Below, piece after piece: positions 39,806-48,888 of a stretch of 62,124 nt of DNA. The notes beneath the pieces are model-generated. The model had not been told where the DNA came from. It did no database searches and was given only the letters and a program-made list of their open reading frames with translations. Position numbers and translations under genes: made by a program. The stretch lies in NCBI GenBank assembly GCA_964599405.1, contig CAZRED010000003.1, forward strand, positions 1 to 62,124. Direction: 5' to 3'. The first letter of the stretch is position 1. The number at the start of each line of letters is the position of its first letter. The DNA is from an uncultured Candidatus Saccharibacteria bacterium. Its GTDB lineage: Bacteria; Patescibacteriota; UBA1384; 2-12-FULL-50-11.

Positions 39806-42038
39806 GAAAAAACTCGTCATCGTTGAATCGCCGGCCAAAGCCAAAACAATTGGTCAATATTTGGGTGAAGAGTTCGTGGTAAAGGCCTCGTTTGGCCATG
39901 TTCGCGACCTTCCCAAAAACAAACTCGGTATTGATACCGATAAACATTTTGAGGTTACTTACCAGAATATTCCCAAAGCCAAAAGAATTTTAGACGAATT
40001 AAAAAAAGAACTCTCGGCCAGTAGCGAGCTTTACTTAGCGCCGGATCCAGATCGCGAAGGGGAGGCCATTGCTTGGCATTTAGTCCAAGCTCTCAAACCG
40101 AAAGTCCCAATTCACCGGATTAGTTTCACCGAAATCACCAAGCCGGCCGTTCAGCACGCAGTCGAACATCCCCGGAAAATTTCTCAAGAACTTGTTGATG
40201 CCCAGCAAGCCCGGCGCATCCTGGACCGGTTAGTTGGCTACAAATTATCACCGCTGCTGTGGAAAAAAGTTTATCGTGGTCTGTCAGCCGGTCGGGTCCA
40301 GTCGGTGGCAGTACGGCTAGTGGTTGAGCGCGAACGGGAGATTAAGGCTTTCAAGGCGCGCGAGTTCTGGACAATCTCTGCTGATTTTGCCGCCATGGCT
40401 GGCAGCTTCAGCGCCTATATTACCAAACCGGGTTCTACCGGAAAGCTGGAATTTGCCACCAAAGCGGAAGTCGACAAAGCGGTTAACGCCCTAAAATCCG
40501 CCGACTTTTTGATGGACAATATCGAAACTACTACTTCCCAGCTTAAGCCGTTGGCGCCGCTAATTACCTCGACGCTTCAACAAAACGCCGCCCGTTATTT
40601 TGGCTTTAGTGCCAAACGGACAATGAAAGTGGCTCAAGACCTTTACGAGGGTATTGATGTGGTGGGCAAGGGGACGGTCGGCTTAATCACCTATATGCGT
40701 ACCGATTCTCACAACATCTCCGATATTGCTAAAAAAGAAGCTAACGAGGTAATTGCTAAGAATTTTGGCGCTAAGTACTTGCCGAACACCCCCAATATTT
40801 TCTCTAAAAAAGTCAAAGGCGCTCAAGAAGCTCACGAAGCGATTCGGCCAACCCACTTCGCTCTCAAGCCGAGCGATATTAAAGACCAATTATCACCCGA
40901 TCAACTGAAAATTTACTCTCTGGTTTACAACACCGCTACCGCCTCCCAAATGGCACCAGCCGACGTGGAGACTGTCACGGCCACAGTTGTCGGCGGTAAG
41001 CAGCAGCTAATTGCTCGTGGTCGCACCCTGGTATTCGACGGCTTTTTAGCGCAATTACCAGTGGATGGTGAGCGTTTCGAACCACTGCCAAAACTGACTG
41101 AAAAAGAAAAATTGAAATTAAAGAAAGTTATTGATGAGGCTCATACTACCGAGCCGCCTGCCCGCTACTCCGAAGCCTCGCTAGTGCGGGAGTTGGAGAA
41201 GCGGGGCATTGGCCGGCCCAGCACCTACGCGCCGATTATGTCGACGATTGTCGACCGTGGCTATGTTACCAAACAAACTGGCCGATTTTTCCCGGAGGAA
41301 GTAGCCGGCATAGTTATCGATCTGCTTGTTGAAAATTTCCCGTCAATTGTTGATTACGACTTCACTGCCCAAATGGAAGACCAGCTCGACGAAATTGCTG
41401 AAGGCCACAAAGAGCTGGAGCCGGTGTTGCGGGATTTCTATTTACCGTTTGCGGCGCTGTTGGCCGAAAAAGAAAAAACTATTGAGAAAAAAACCGTCAT
41501 TGAAGAAACCGACAAAATTTGCCCGAAGTGCAGTAAGCCGGTGGTGATTAAGATGGGCCGGTTCGGGAAGTTCTACGCTTGCAGTGGTTTTCCGGATTGT
41601 AATTACTCCGCGCCGATTATTGCCGAAGGCGACAAAAAAATCGCCGAAGAAGTGGCGGAGGAGATTAAAGATCCTTGTCCCGAGTGCGGGCACGCCTTGG
41701 AAGCCAAACAGAGCCGGTTCGGCTCGTTTATCGGCTGCTCTAATTATCCCAAATGCAAATTCACCAAATCCATTAAAATTGGCTCCGGCGTGATGTGTCC
41801 GAACTGCGGAAAAGAGCTAGTGCGCAAGAACACCCGCAAAGGCAAAGTTTTCTGGGGCTGCTCCGGCTACCCCAGCTGTAAAACCGCGTTCTGGGACGAG
41901 CCGACAAATGAAAAATGCCCAGATTGCAGCAGCTTGCTAGTGAAGAAGAAATCCGGCATTGCCTGTAGCCAGTGTAACTTCAAAAAGGCCGAAGAGCCGG
42001 CTGGCGCTGGTAATGCGGAAACGTTACAAGGTAAGTAA
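39798..42038 (+). CDS. topA: DNA topoisomerase I
   Basis: IVESPAKAKTI, DPDREGEAI, SAGRVQS, ITYMRTD, AHEAIRPT, four C-terminal zinc ribbons. Confidence 0.98.
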   Translation: MSKKKLVIVESPAKAKTIGQYLGEEFVVKASFGHVRDLPKNKLGIDTDKHFEVTYQNIPKAKRILDELKKELSASSELYLAPDPDREGEAIAWHLVQALKPKVPIHRISFTEITKPAVQHAVEHPRKISQELVDAQQARRILDRLVGYKLSPLLWKKVYRGLSAGRVQSVAVRLVVEREREIKAFKAREFWTISADFAAMAGSFSAYITKPGSTGKLEFATKAEVDKAVNALKSADFLMDNIETTTSQLKPLAPLITSTLQQNAARYFGFSAKRTMKVAQDLYEGIDVVGKGTVGLITYMRTDSHNISDIAKKEANEVIAKNFGAKYLPNTPNIFSKKVKGAQEAHEAIRPTHFALKPSDIKDQLSPDQLKIYSLVYNTATASQMAPADVETVTATVVGGKQQLIARGRTLVFDGFLAQLPVDGERFEPLPKLTEKEKLKLKKVIDEAHTTEPPARYSEASLVRELEKRGIGRPSTYAPIMSTIVDRGYVTKQTGRFFPEEVAGIVIDLLVENFPSIVDYDFTAQMEDQLDEIAEGHKELEPVLRDFYLPFAALLAEKEKTIEKKTVIEETDKICPKCSKPVVIKMGRFGKFYACSGFPDCNYSAPIIAEGDKKIAEEVAEEIKDPCPECGHALEAKQSRFGSFIGCSNYPKCKFTKSIKIGSGVMCPNCGKELVRKNTRKGKVFWGCSGYPSCKTAFWDEPTNEKCPDCSSLLVKKKSGIACSQCNFKKAEEPAGAGNAETLQGK

Positions 42039-42667
42039 TGCGCAACATCCTACCAAAATCCGTTCAGTTGCTTGCTGAAGTGTTGGGGACACTCCCGGGC
42101 GTAGGGCCAAAGACTGCCAACCGCCTAACTTTTTACTTACTAAGCCGTTCCGACGATGAGCTGAAAAAGTTCGGTGAAGCCTTTTTGAAGCTGCGCGAAA
42201 ATCTTACTAGCTGTTCGTTGTGTCATATGGTCAGTGAGAGCGACCCCTGCCCGCTCTGTGCTGATGCTAAGCGCGAACAAGAAAAGTTGGCGGTAGTGGA
42301 AGAATCGCTGGATGTAGTGGCTATGGAGAAAGCCCACTTCACCGGGCGCTACCACGTGTTGGGTGGGCAAATTTCGCCAATTAACAACGTTGGCCCAACC
42401 GACTTAACTATTCACCAGCTACTCAAACGACTAGAAGCGGGGGAGATTAAAGAAGTAATATTAGCGACTGACCCATCGCTGGAAGGTGAAGCGACTGCCC
42501 TGTATATTGACGAGCAAGTTAGCGAGGCGCTGAAAACCGGTAAGATTGATGCCAAAATCAGTGTCACCCGCTTGGCGCGGGGACTGCCGGTGGGTGGGGA
42601 CTTAGAATACGCTGACGAGCTAACACTATCGCGGGCGCTCGAAGGCCGCCGCAGCTACAGAGATTAA
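42038..42667 (+). CDS. recR: recombination mediator RecR
   Basis: LPGVGPKTANRL, C4 finger, YHVLGG, EGEATA, RLARGLPVGGDLEYAD. Confidence 0.97.
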   Translation: MRNILPKSVQLLAEVLGTLPGVGPKTANRLTFYLLSRSDDELKKFGEAFLKLRENLTSCSLCHMVSESDPCPLCADAKREQEKLAVVEESLDVVAMEKAHFTGRYHVLGGQISPINNVGPTDLTIHQLLKRLEAGEIKEVILATDPSLEGEATALYIDEQVSEALKTGKIDAKISVTRLARGLPVGGDLEYADELTLSRALEGRRSYRD

Positions 42668-42750
42668 AATATATATTGTGGCTGGTACACCACTAAGCAA
42701 TCTCCTAGTTGCTATTGAATTGAAAATATTTTCGCTACAATTATTCAAAC

Positions 42751-43020
42751 ATGGAAGACAGTCAGCTATATATCTGCGAAGCCTGTGGCCAAACCACGCC
42801 AGTCATGGGCGATTCTTGCCCGAACTGCGGTGGGAAGCTGGTGAACTTCGACGGTAAAGAACACGAACCGGGCAAAGAGGAGTTGGAGAACGATAGTTTG
42901 AGCAGTGGCTTGACAGACACCGAAACTGGCACTCAGTCGCTGGAGGATCTAGCCAAAAAAGAGTTGGAAGAAGACGACGAAGACTACCGCGTTCACACCC
43001 TCGGCACTGAGGACGAGTGA
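42751..43020 (+). CDS. small zinc-ribbon protein with acidic tail
   Basis: CEACG..CPNCGG then D/E-rich region. Confidence 0.65.
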   Translation: MEDSQLYICEACGQTTPVMGDSCPNCGGKLVNFDGKEHEPGKEELENDSLSSGLTDTETGTQSLEDLAKKELEEDDEDYRVHTLGTEDE

Positions 43021-43034
43021 GGGCAGTACTAGTG

Positions 43035-43205
43035 GCTCGGGAATGTTTCTCTCGCGACTGTAGTTAATTTTACCGCTCGGGAAGTTTTTCGCAGCGACGT
43101 GCGCAGGCGATTTGCTGGGTTTCTGCGCAGCAGAAAAATCGCCGAGGAAGTAAGCGAGGAGCCCGCTGGAGGCGACGAGCGGTCGCGAGAGAAATCTTCC
43201 CGAGC
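43035..43205. repeat. MITE/REP-like element with 24-bp terminal inverted repeats
   Basis: gctcgggaatgtttctctcgcgac (43035-43058) vs gtcgcgagagaaatcttcccgagc (43182-43205), 22/24 complementary; homolog at 49591. Confidence 0.8.
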
Positions 43206-43252
43206 TGTTTCCCACTTTATGAATAAGAATAATTAAGTTACAAAGAAACAAG

Positions 43253-44587
43253 ATGCTTCAGATTTATAACACTCTTACTAGCCAGAAATCCGAATTCAAG
43301 CCAATTAAGGCCGGAGAGGTCTCAATGTACGTCTGTGGTCCGACAGTTTACGATTACGACCACGTTGGCCATGCCAGAACCTACTTAAGCTTCGACTTAC
43401 TTCACCGACTCTTGCGCCACCACGGTTTCACAGTGAACTACATTCAAAATATCACCGACGTCGGCCACCTGGTAAACGATGCAGAAGTCGGTGCCGATAA
43501 GGTTCAGAAAAGAGCAGCCGAAACAGGGCAAACGCCACGCCAAATTGCTGAGCATTTCACCGCTGCACACCTGGAAGACTTGAAAAAGCTCAATATCCTC
43601 CCACCTACCAATTTTCCCAAAGCGTCAGATCATATCAAGGAAATTCAGGACTTTATTGCGGGGTTAATTAACGCCGGAATAGCATATGTTACCAATCAAG
43701 GAAACGTTTACTTTGCTGTTTCGAAAGACCCGGATTACGGCAAGCTTAGCCACCGTAGTCTCACCGAACTCTTAACCGGTACTCGGGTAGATACGGCACC
43801 TGACAAGCGCTCTACTGCCGATTTTGCCCTGTGGAAGACCTCTCGGGTCAATGACCCAGAAATGACCTGGGATTCCCCCTGGGGCCGCGGTTATCCAGGT
43901 TGGCACATTGAATGCTCGGCTATGAGCCGCAAGTATCTAGGCGATACCTTTGACATACATGGTTCAGCCATTGAACACGTCTTTCCTCACCATGAGAACG
44001 AAATCGCCCAAACCGAGAGTTTAACCGGTAAGCAGATGGCTAATTACTGGGTACACAGTGGTATGTTAACCGTTGATGGCAAGAAAATGAGCAAATCCCT
44101 TCATAACCAGGTTAATGTTCAAGACGCTATGAAAGAATACTCAGCCAACGAAATTCGCCTAGCTTTCTTCCAAACCCACTACCGTAAACCCTTTGACTAC
44201 ACTAAGGAGGTAATGGAACAGGGTAAGGCGCTGCGTCGCAAGGTATTCCAAGCGTTACCATTTATGGCGGAAAGTGCAGGAGGGGAGTATCTAACAGAGA
44301 TAATCACCGCTTTATCTGACGATCTCGATACTCCAACGGCACTACACCTGTGGAACGAACACTTTAAAGAATTCGGTCAAAGGGAAACGCATATGCTATT
44401 TGAGCTATTGGGTATCCGTTACGTTGAGTTTGCTGACAACCCCCAGGCCCAGGAGTTAGCCAAGCAGCGCGATGATGCCCGGATCCGAAACGACTTTCTT
44501 ACTGCCGATAACCGTAAGGCCGAGATTCTGCAATTAGGCTTTGAAGCAGTTGATGCTTCTGACGGCACCAAGTTTGTACCGCGTTAA
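43253..44587 (+). CDS. cysS: cysteine--tRNA ligase
   Basis: [36 protein letters not shown]. Confidence 0.97.
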   Translation: MLQIYNTLTSQKSEFKPIKAGEVSMYVCGPTVYDYDHVGHARTYLSFDLLHRLLRHHGFTVNYIQNITDVGHLVNDAEVGADKVQKRAAETGQTPRQIAEHFTAAHLEDLKKLNILPPTNFPKASDHIKEIQDFIAGLINAGIAYVTNQGNVYFAVSKDPDYGKLSHRSLTELLTGTRVDTAPDKRSTADFALWKTSRVNDPEMTWDSPWGRGYPGWHIECSAMSRKYLGDTFDIHGSAIEHVFPHHENEIAQTESLTGKQMANYWVHSGMLTVDGKKMSKSLHNQVNVQDAMKEYSANEIRLAFFQTHYRKPFDYTKEVMEQGKALRRKVFQALPFMAESAGGEYLTEIITALSDDLDTPTALHLWNEHFKEFGQRETHMLFELLGIRYVEFADNPQAQELAKQRDDARIRNDFLTADNRKAEILQLGFEAVDASDGTKFVPR

Positions 44588-44604
44588 GAAATTGCCCTAC
44601 ACCC

Positions 44605-44633
44605 TTGACAGAATGAATAGTATATGCTATTAT
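44605..44633 (+). promoter_or_regulatory. sigma70 promoter heading the accessory island
   Basis: TTGACA-17 bp-TATTAT with extended -10 TG. Confidence 0.7.
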
Positions 44634-44910
44634 CCTGGCAACGAAGAAGAAGTCTTTTTCGCGCCCCTCAAAGAATATAGAAGTAAGCCACTTGTGGACC
44701 GCAACGGTAGTGCGGATGTTGAGTAATCGACGAAAACGCCGCAAGTGTTTTTTATTTCTTAAATTCAATGAAGGTTCCCGTTGTGGGACACGGCTGTGCG
44801 GATTGCGTCTAAAGAGCAATACCCCAAAAGCGGCCGGACCTTAACATCTTGTTCTCTCCAACGCGCCTACATTTATATATATGCAGGTGGGTTGGAGCGA
44901 ATTAACAACA

Positions 44911-45234
44911 ATGCAATTACGAATCACGCTAAACGGTAGCTCAGCAGCCCAGGCACTTGAGACCATTCGAAATCAAGGTGGTCGTTTTCTCTGGGTCACA
45001 CGTACACAAGAGAACGTCGAAACGATCGTTTACCAACTTCCGAACGGCAGGTTTTGCACGATCGGAACTGATCGGATCCCGTCATACGGTGGTCTCGGCG
45101 TTCACGGTGACCCCGAAAATCGTTCAAACGACCCGCTCGATGAATTGGCCGAAGAACTGATTTTTCAGCTCAAGACTCAGCAGGAAGCAGGCATCCCGAT
45201 TGGTCACGCTGTCGAAGATCTGGTGCTGGCATGA
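44911..45234 (+). CDS. hypothetical protein
   Basis: ORF; start moved to ATG 44911 just after hairpin module. Confidence 0.6.
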   Translation: MQLRITLNGSSAAQALETIRNQGGRFLWVTRTQENVETIVYQLPNGRFCTIGTDRIPSYGGLGVHGDPENRSNDPLDELAEELIFQLKTQQEAGIPIGHAVEDLVLA

Positions 45235-45321
45235 ACCACATTCGGCGACGCGCATTCGTGCGCGTCGCCCCTTCCAACCCCTTCACAGCTTGACGTTGTG
45301 GGCGGATTGGACGGAACAACA

Positions 45322-45699
45322 ATGGCAACAAAGAAAGACATCAATGTCGTTATCGTCAGAAAAGACGCATCGCGAGACTCGGTGATTAAAGCGGCTCATA
45401 AGGTTTTTGGGCCTACCAACAGTAGGATTCAAAGGACAATTGAGACAGCCCTTGACCATGGAACGGTCGTTGCGCTGGTTACCCTGGAGCATTTCCAGCT
45501 TGTTGTCTACACGAATCAGCTCCGGTCTTACGAGATGGAAATTGAATCCCTACAATACGTCTATGTATGCGAACACCCATGGTACGAAGAACGATTAGGA
45601 GAGTTCGGCAAAGCCGAAATGGCCAATCCGGAGACTACGATCAGGGAAGCCGTTGCGCTACAGTTCCAGGCGCACATTACTAAACAACCTAGCGGGTGA
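45322..45699 (+). CDS. hypothetical protein
   Basis: ORF; ATG 45322 follows hairpin module. Confidence 0.65.
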   Translation: MATKKDINVVIVRKDASRDSVIKAAHKVFGPTNSRIQRTIETALDHGTVVALVTLEHFQLVVYTNQLRSYEMEIESLQYVYVCEHPWYEERLGEFGKAEMANPETTIREAVALQFQAHITKQPSG

Positions 45700-45764
45700 C
45701 GGACACTGTCCGTCACCCCTTCCAACCCCTTCACAACTTCGGTTGTGGGTGGATTGGAGAAGAA

Positions 45765-46103
45765 ATGAAGCTCTTACGATACGAAGCAACTGTTTTTGTT
45801 GCACTAAAAGCCAGCCTTCTGGACACCCAAGGCAAGTCTGTCGAAAGATGCTTGCAGCAGAGACTTGGCTTCAAGTCGGTAAAGGGGCTAAGAATTGGTA
45901 AGCGAATTACGTTTACACTGAAGGCTGGCAATCGAAAAAATGCCGAGGCTGCAGTGAAGAAGATGTGCACCAAACTCCTTATCAACCCGGTTATTGAAAC
46001 GTACGAGTTCTCAATCGGTAGAGGTGTTCGTGAAAAAGCAAAGAAAAAAACGAAAAAAGGGTCAAAACCCCGAAATCGAAAACGTTCACGGCGTCATGCG
46101 TAA
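45765..46103 (+). CDS. purS: PurS-like protein with basic C-terminal tail
   Basis: VFVALKASLLDTQGKSV, LRIGKRITF, MCTKLLINPVIETYE match PurS pattern. Confidence 0.82.
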   Translation: MKLLRYEATVFVALKASLLDTQGKSVERCLQQRLGFKSVKGLRIGKRITFTLKAGNRKNAEAAVKKMCTKLLINPVIETYEFSIGRGVREKAKKKTKKGSKPRNRKRSRRHA

Positions 46104-46465
46104 AACAGGACCGATGAAACATCGGCTTGCCAAGCGCTGCAAACAACGCGAAAATAACTTCGATCGGCGTCAAGCCGACGAGTAACGACTTTCCAGCGCA
46201 CTCTACTCCTCCGCGGGACCCCCGCCCTGAACAAGGATAATAGGCTGTCGAGACCTGCAAGGGTCGTAAAACGCTTCGGCGGACGACAGATCTGAAGGGC
46301 GACACGGCTACGGCCGTGCGGGCAAGTCGAGCCCGGCCTTGGTTGCTGCCATGCTGGCAAAACACAAAGAGCGCGCGATCCGAGGGAGGTGGCAGGGCAT
46401 TAACGCCCCCACCTCCCTCATTCCAACCCCTCGACAACTTCGGTTGTCGGTGGATTGGAGCGAAA

Positions 46466-46684
46466 ATGAGATCAGAAGTAATCCAATCAATGACCGTGTT
46501 TTTCTTTGCAATAGGATCGGTGATGCTTCTCTTGGCGCTTTACTATATAGCGTTCAAAGATAAGCGAGCCGCGCTCCTGATTGAAATTGGCCTTTTGGCT
46601 ATTGTGAGCGTCCTACTCATGATACTTGGCGTGTTATTCGCCGTTTTTGACAGGTTATCACCTGTCGTTCCTATCTCGCAGTGA
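46466..46684 (+). CDS. small two-TM membrane protein (72 aa)
   Basis: two hydrophobic helices; ATG 46466 follows hairpin module. Confidence 0.65.
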   Translation: MRSEVIQSMTVFFFAIGSVMLLLALYYIAFKDKRAALLIEIGLLAIVSVLLMILGVLFAVFDRLSPVVPISQ

Positions 46685-46922
46685 GCCTTTCGCTCACTGC
46701 CTCCAACTTGCCCGCAACTTTTTCTACCGAATTGGTTGTGGGCAAATTGGAGAGATAAAACATTCTTATCAGTACTATCTCGGCTGGGACTAGGGAGAGT
46801 TGCCATCATCAGGAAGCTTGCTTCCTGCGGCAATTTCCCTCCTTCCCTCCTCCTGGCTGAGATTGTGCTGGTAAGAAAAATGTCAGCATGCCCCGTAACC
46901 GGGGCGGGTGAGAAACGTGAAG

Positions 46923-47849
46923 ATGAAACTCATAAGAATCCTAATCGTCACTATCGCCCTGCTCATGGCAATTACTGCCAATGCGGGGTCCTACAAGTTG
47001 AAGTATGAGAGCAAAGGACAGGTGTCCCTCGTTCTCATCGACCGGTCTCGTGGGCCGGAACTATCCTTTCAGGTTCTGCCGCTCACCGGCGATCACTCGC
47101 CAGGAGCAGCATTGGTTCGTCTCGATGGTCAACCAGTTTGGTTCACCACCGGCGGCGGATATCGTGGAAGCATCGTCATTCCCGAGAACGGGCACATCCC
47201 GGTCTTGAACAACGACGACCTGAAGCAGTTTGGGCAGTCGCAACCGAACGCCCAGCCAATCAAGGTTGACGAAGACTGGTTCTTACATGAGCACCAGATT
47301 GAAGTCTTCTTCTACGCCAATGACAGCAGGGGACGTCCTTCGAAGAACCACTCGGCGGCACCGGCGACGCAGTTTCGCATCGAGCGAGAAGCGCCGTTTA
47401 CGGCAGCCGTCACCAATGGTGGTGCGCCACTGTCCAGCAACCAACTCGACGCTGCCATCCGGCAGTCGTACGAGCAGGGTGTCGAAGATACCCGCAAGAC
47501 AGAGGCGCAGAATCTTGAAGAGCTGCACCGTCAACTGAAAAAGGCGACGGATGAGAATAACGAGCTACGACGTAAGTTGGCGCTCGGGTCATCTGGCGGT
47601 GGTGGTTCGCAAAACTCTGACTCGGTCATGGTCGAACGGTACATCCCGTTCGGCTTGGACAAAGCCGATCCACCGAAGGTCAACGACATGATGGTAATCG
47701 TCGACAGGAACACCGGTCGCTTCATCGCTGAAGCGAAGGTTGTCCAAGTTCTGGGTGGCTACGTTTGGACTAACTCCAAACTAACACCTCTTAATATGGA
47801 CTTCGGTTCCATCAAGCTGGTTCGCAAGACCCGCACGGAGAAAAACTGA
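46923..47849 (+). CDS. secreted hypothetical protein with coiled coil
   Basis: signal peptide MKLIRILIVTIALLMAITANA; coiled-coil segment. Confidence 0.75.
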   Translation: MKLIRILIVTIALLMAITANAGSYKLKYESKGQVSLVLIDRSRGPELSFQVLPLTGDHSPGAALVRLDGQPVWFTTGGGYRGSIVIPENGHIPVLNNDDLKQFGQSQPNAQPIKVDEDWFLHEHQIEVFFYANDSRGRPSKNHSAAPATQFRIEREAPFTAAVTNGGAPLSSNQLDAAIRQSYEQGVEDTRKTEAQNLEELHRQLKKATDENNELRRKLALGSSGGGGSQNSDSVMVERYIPFGLDKADPPKVNDMMVIVDRNTGRFIAEAKVVQVLGGYVWTNSKLTPLNMDFGSIKLVRKTRTEKN

Positions 47850-48751
47850 TGAAGACTCTAATCATAACGGCGCTTATCGCCGTACTCGTCGTTCTCTTTC
47901 CGCTGCGGGCTAACGCCCAAGGCGGGGGAGAGTACTTGGACTTGTCCAAAGACCAGTTCGTCCCAGGGGGACTGACTGGTGAAGGCATCTCAAAGGAGCT
48001 GTTGCCGGCTTTTGCTGGTTACGCTCCGAAAGAGAGCTCCCAAGAGTGCATAGTTCTTGCCTTCAACTACGACATCCCGAAGTTGCAGGTGGCGTTCAAG
48101 AAGGCAAGCGGGACGATCTACACCAAAGCCGAGCCCCTTCGTAAGGGCGAGAAGCTTGTGGCAACCATAAACTCCCGACGAAATCTCGGAGACTGCTGGG
48201 AGGTTAAGGCGGTTCCTCGTTGGCTTGTAGCTTGCGGGAACCCCTTGCCGTACCCAGTCGAGATTACTTTCTGGATCCCCAAGTGGGGAGAGAAGGAAGT
48301 AATCATCCAACGAGTGGAGATTCCGAAACCTTACGCAGTCACTGTGAAGGAAGGGATCGTTATCCAGCAGCTTGTCCCGAGCCTTCGGGACATTGAGTTG
48401 GTTCTCCCTCCCACTGAGAAAGGCAAGTACTCACTCGTCGTTACCGGCCATGAAGAAGCAGGGCGACGCTGGGTTTACGAGAAGGATTTCTGGGACAAGT
48501 TCCTAGACTTTCTTCGGGTTGTGGCGATGCCGATCGGACAGATCCTTAGGCGCGCCGACAACATCAAAATCACTGCCAACGGTGGCAGCGGTTATGGTGC
48601 AGCAGCGGCTGCAGCGGCCGCTTCTTCCTCTTCGTCGTCGACTGCAGTCACACCGACATCCGGTGCCGGAACATCTGGTTCGGGTGGAGCTGGTGCTGGC
48701 GGAGCAGCTGGCGGCGGAGGTGGCGGCGAAACCTATCGGTTTGCGATCTAG
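47849..48751 (+). CDS. secreted hypothetical protein with Ala/Ser/Gly-rich C-terminus
   Basis: signal peptide MKTLIITALIAVLVVLFPLRANA; AAAAAAASSSSSS tract. Confidence 0.75.
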   Translation: MKTLIITALIAVLVVLFPLRANAQGGGEYLDLSKDQFVPGGLTGEGISKELLPAFAGYAPKESSQECIVLAFNYDIPKLQVAFKKASGTIYTKAEPLRKGEKLVATINSRRNLGDCWEVKAVPRWLVACGNPLPYPVEITFWIPKWGEKEVIIQRVEIPKPYAVTVKEGIVIQQLVPSLRDIELVLPPTEKGKYSLVVTGHEEAGRRWVYEKDFWDKFLDFLRVVAMPIGQILRRADNIKITANGGSGYGAAAAAAAASSSSSSTAVTPTSGAGTSGSGGAGAGGAAGGGGGGETYRFAI

Positions 48752-48780
48752 CCAAACTAGATCCAACCAACTATCCTAAT

Positions 48781-48806
48781 GGCCGAGACACGCAAGTGTC
48801 TCGGCC
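48781..48806 (+). other. perfect GNRA-capped hairpin (no U-tract)
   Basis: ggccgagacac-gcaa-gtgtctcggcc. Confidence 0.7.
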
Positions 48807-48888
48807 CATTCCATACCTAACTAATAGTGCGCAAGCACAGGTCGAATTGGTTGGGAATGTAGATGAAAAATTAAAGGAGAAATATATA

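Larger units (their letters stand above)
44856..46752 (+). repeat. five dispersed CCAAC/CCAA...TTGG hairpin modules between small genes
   Basis: 44856-44897, 45273-45311, 45721-45758, 46422-46459, 46701-46752; last four each directly preceded by a different near-perfect hairpin. Confidence 0.85.

Noticed and set aside
45994-46185. 63-aa basic ORF overlapping purS
   Set aside because: Overlaps the purS tail out of frame and is not preceded by the hairpin module; cannot be supported
44856-46752. Canonical integron attC sites
   Set aside because: Ends are YTCCAAC and ATTGGA(C/G)/GTTGGAG, not RYYYAAC/GTTRRRY; no intI; retained as a non-canonical finding
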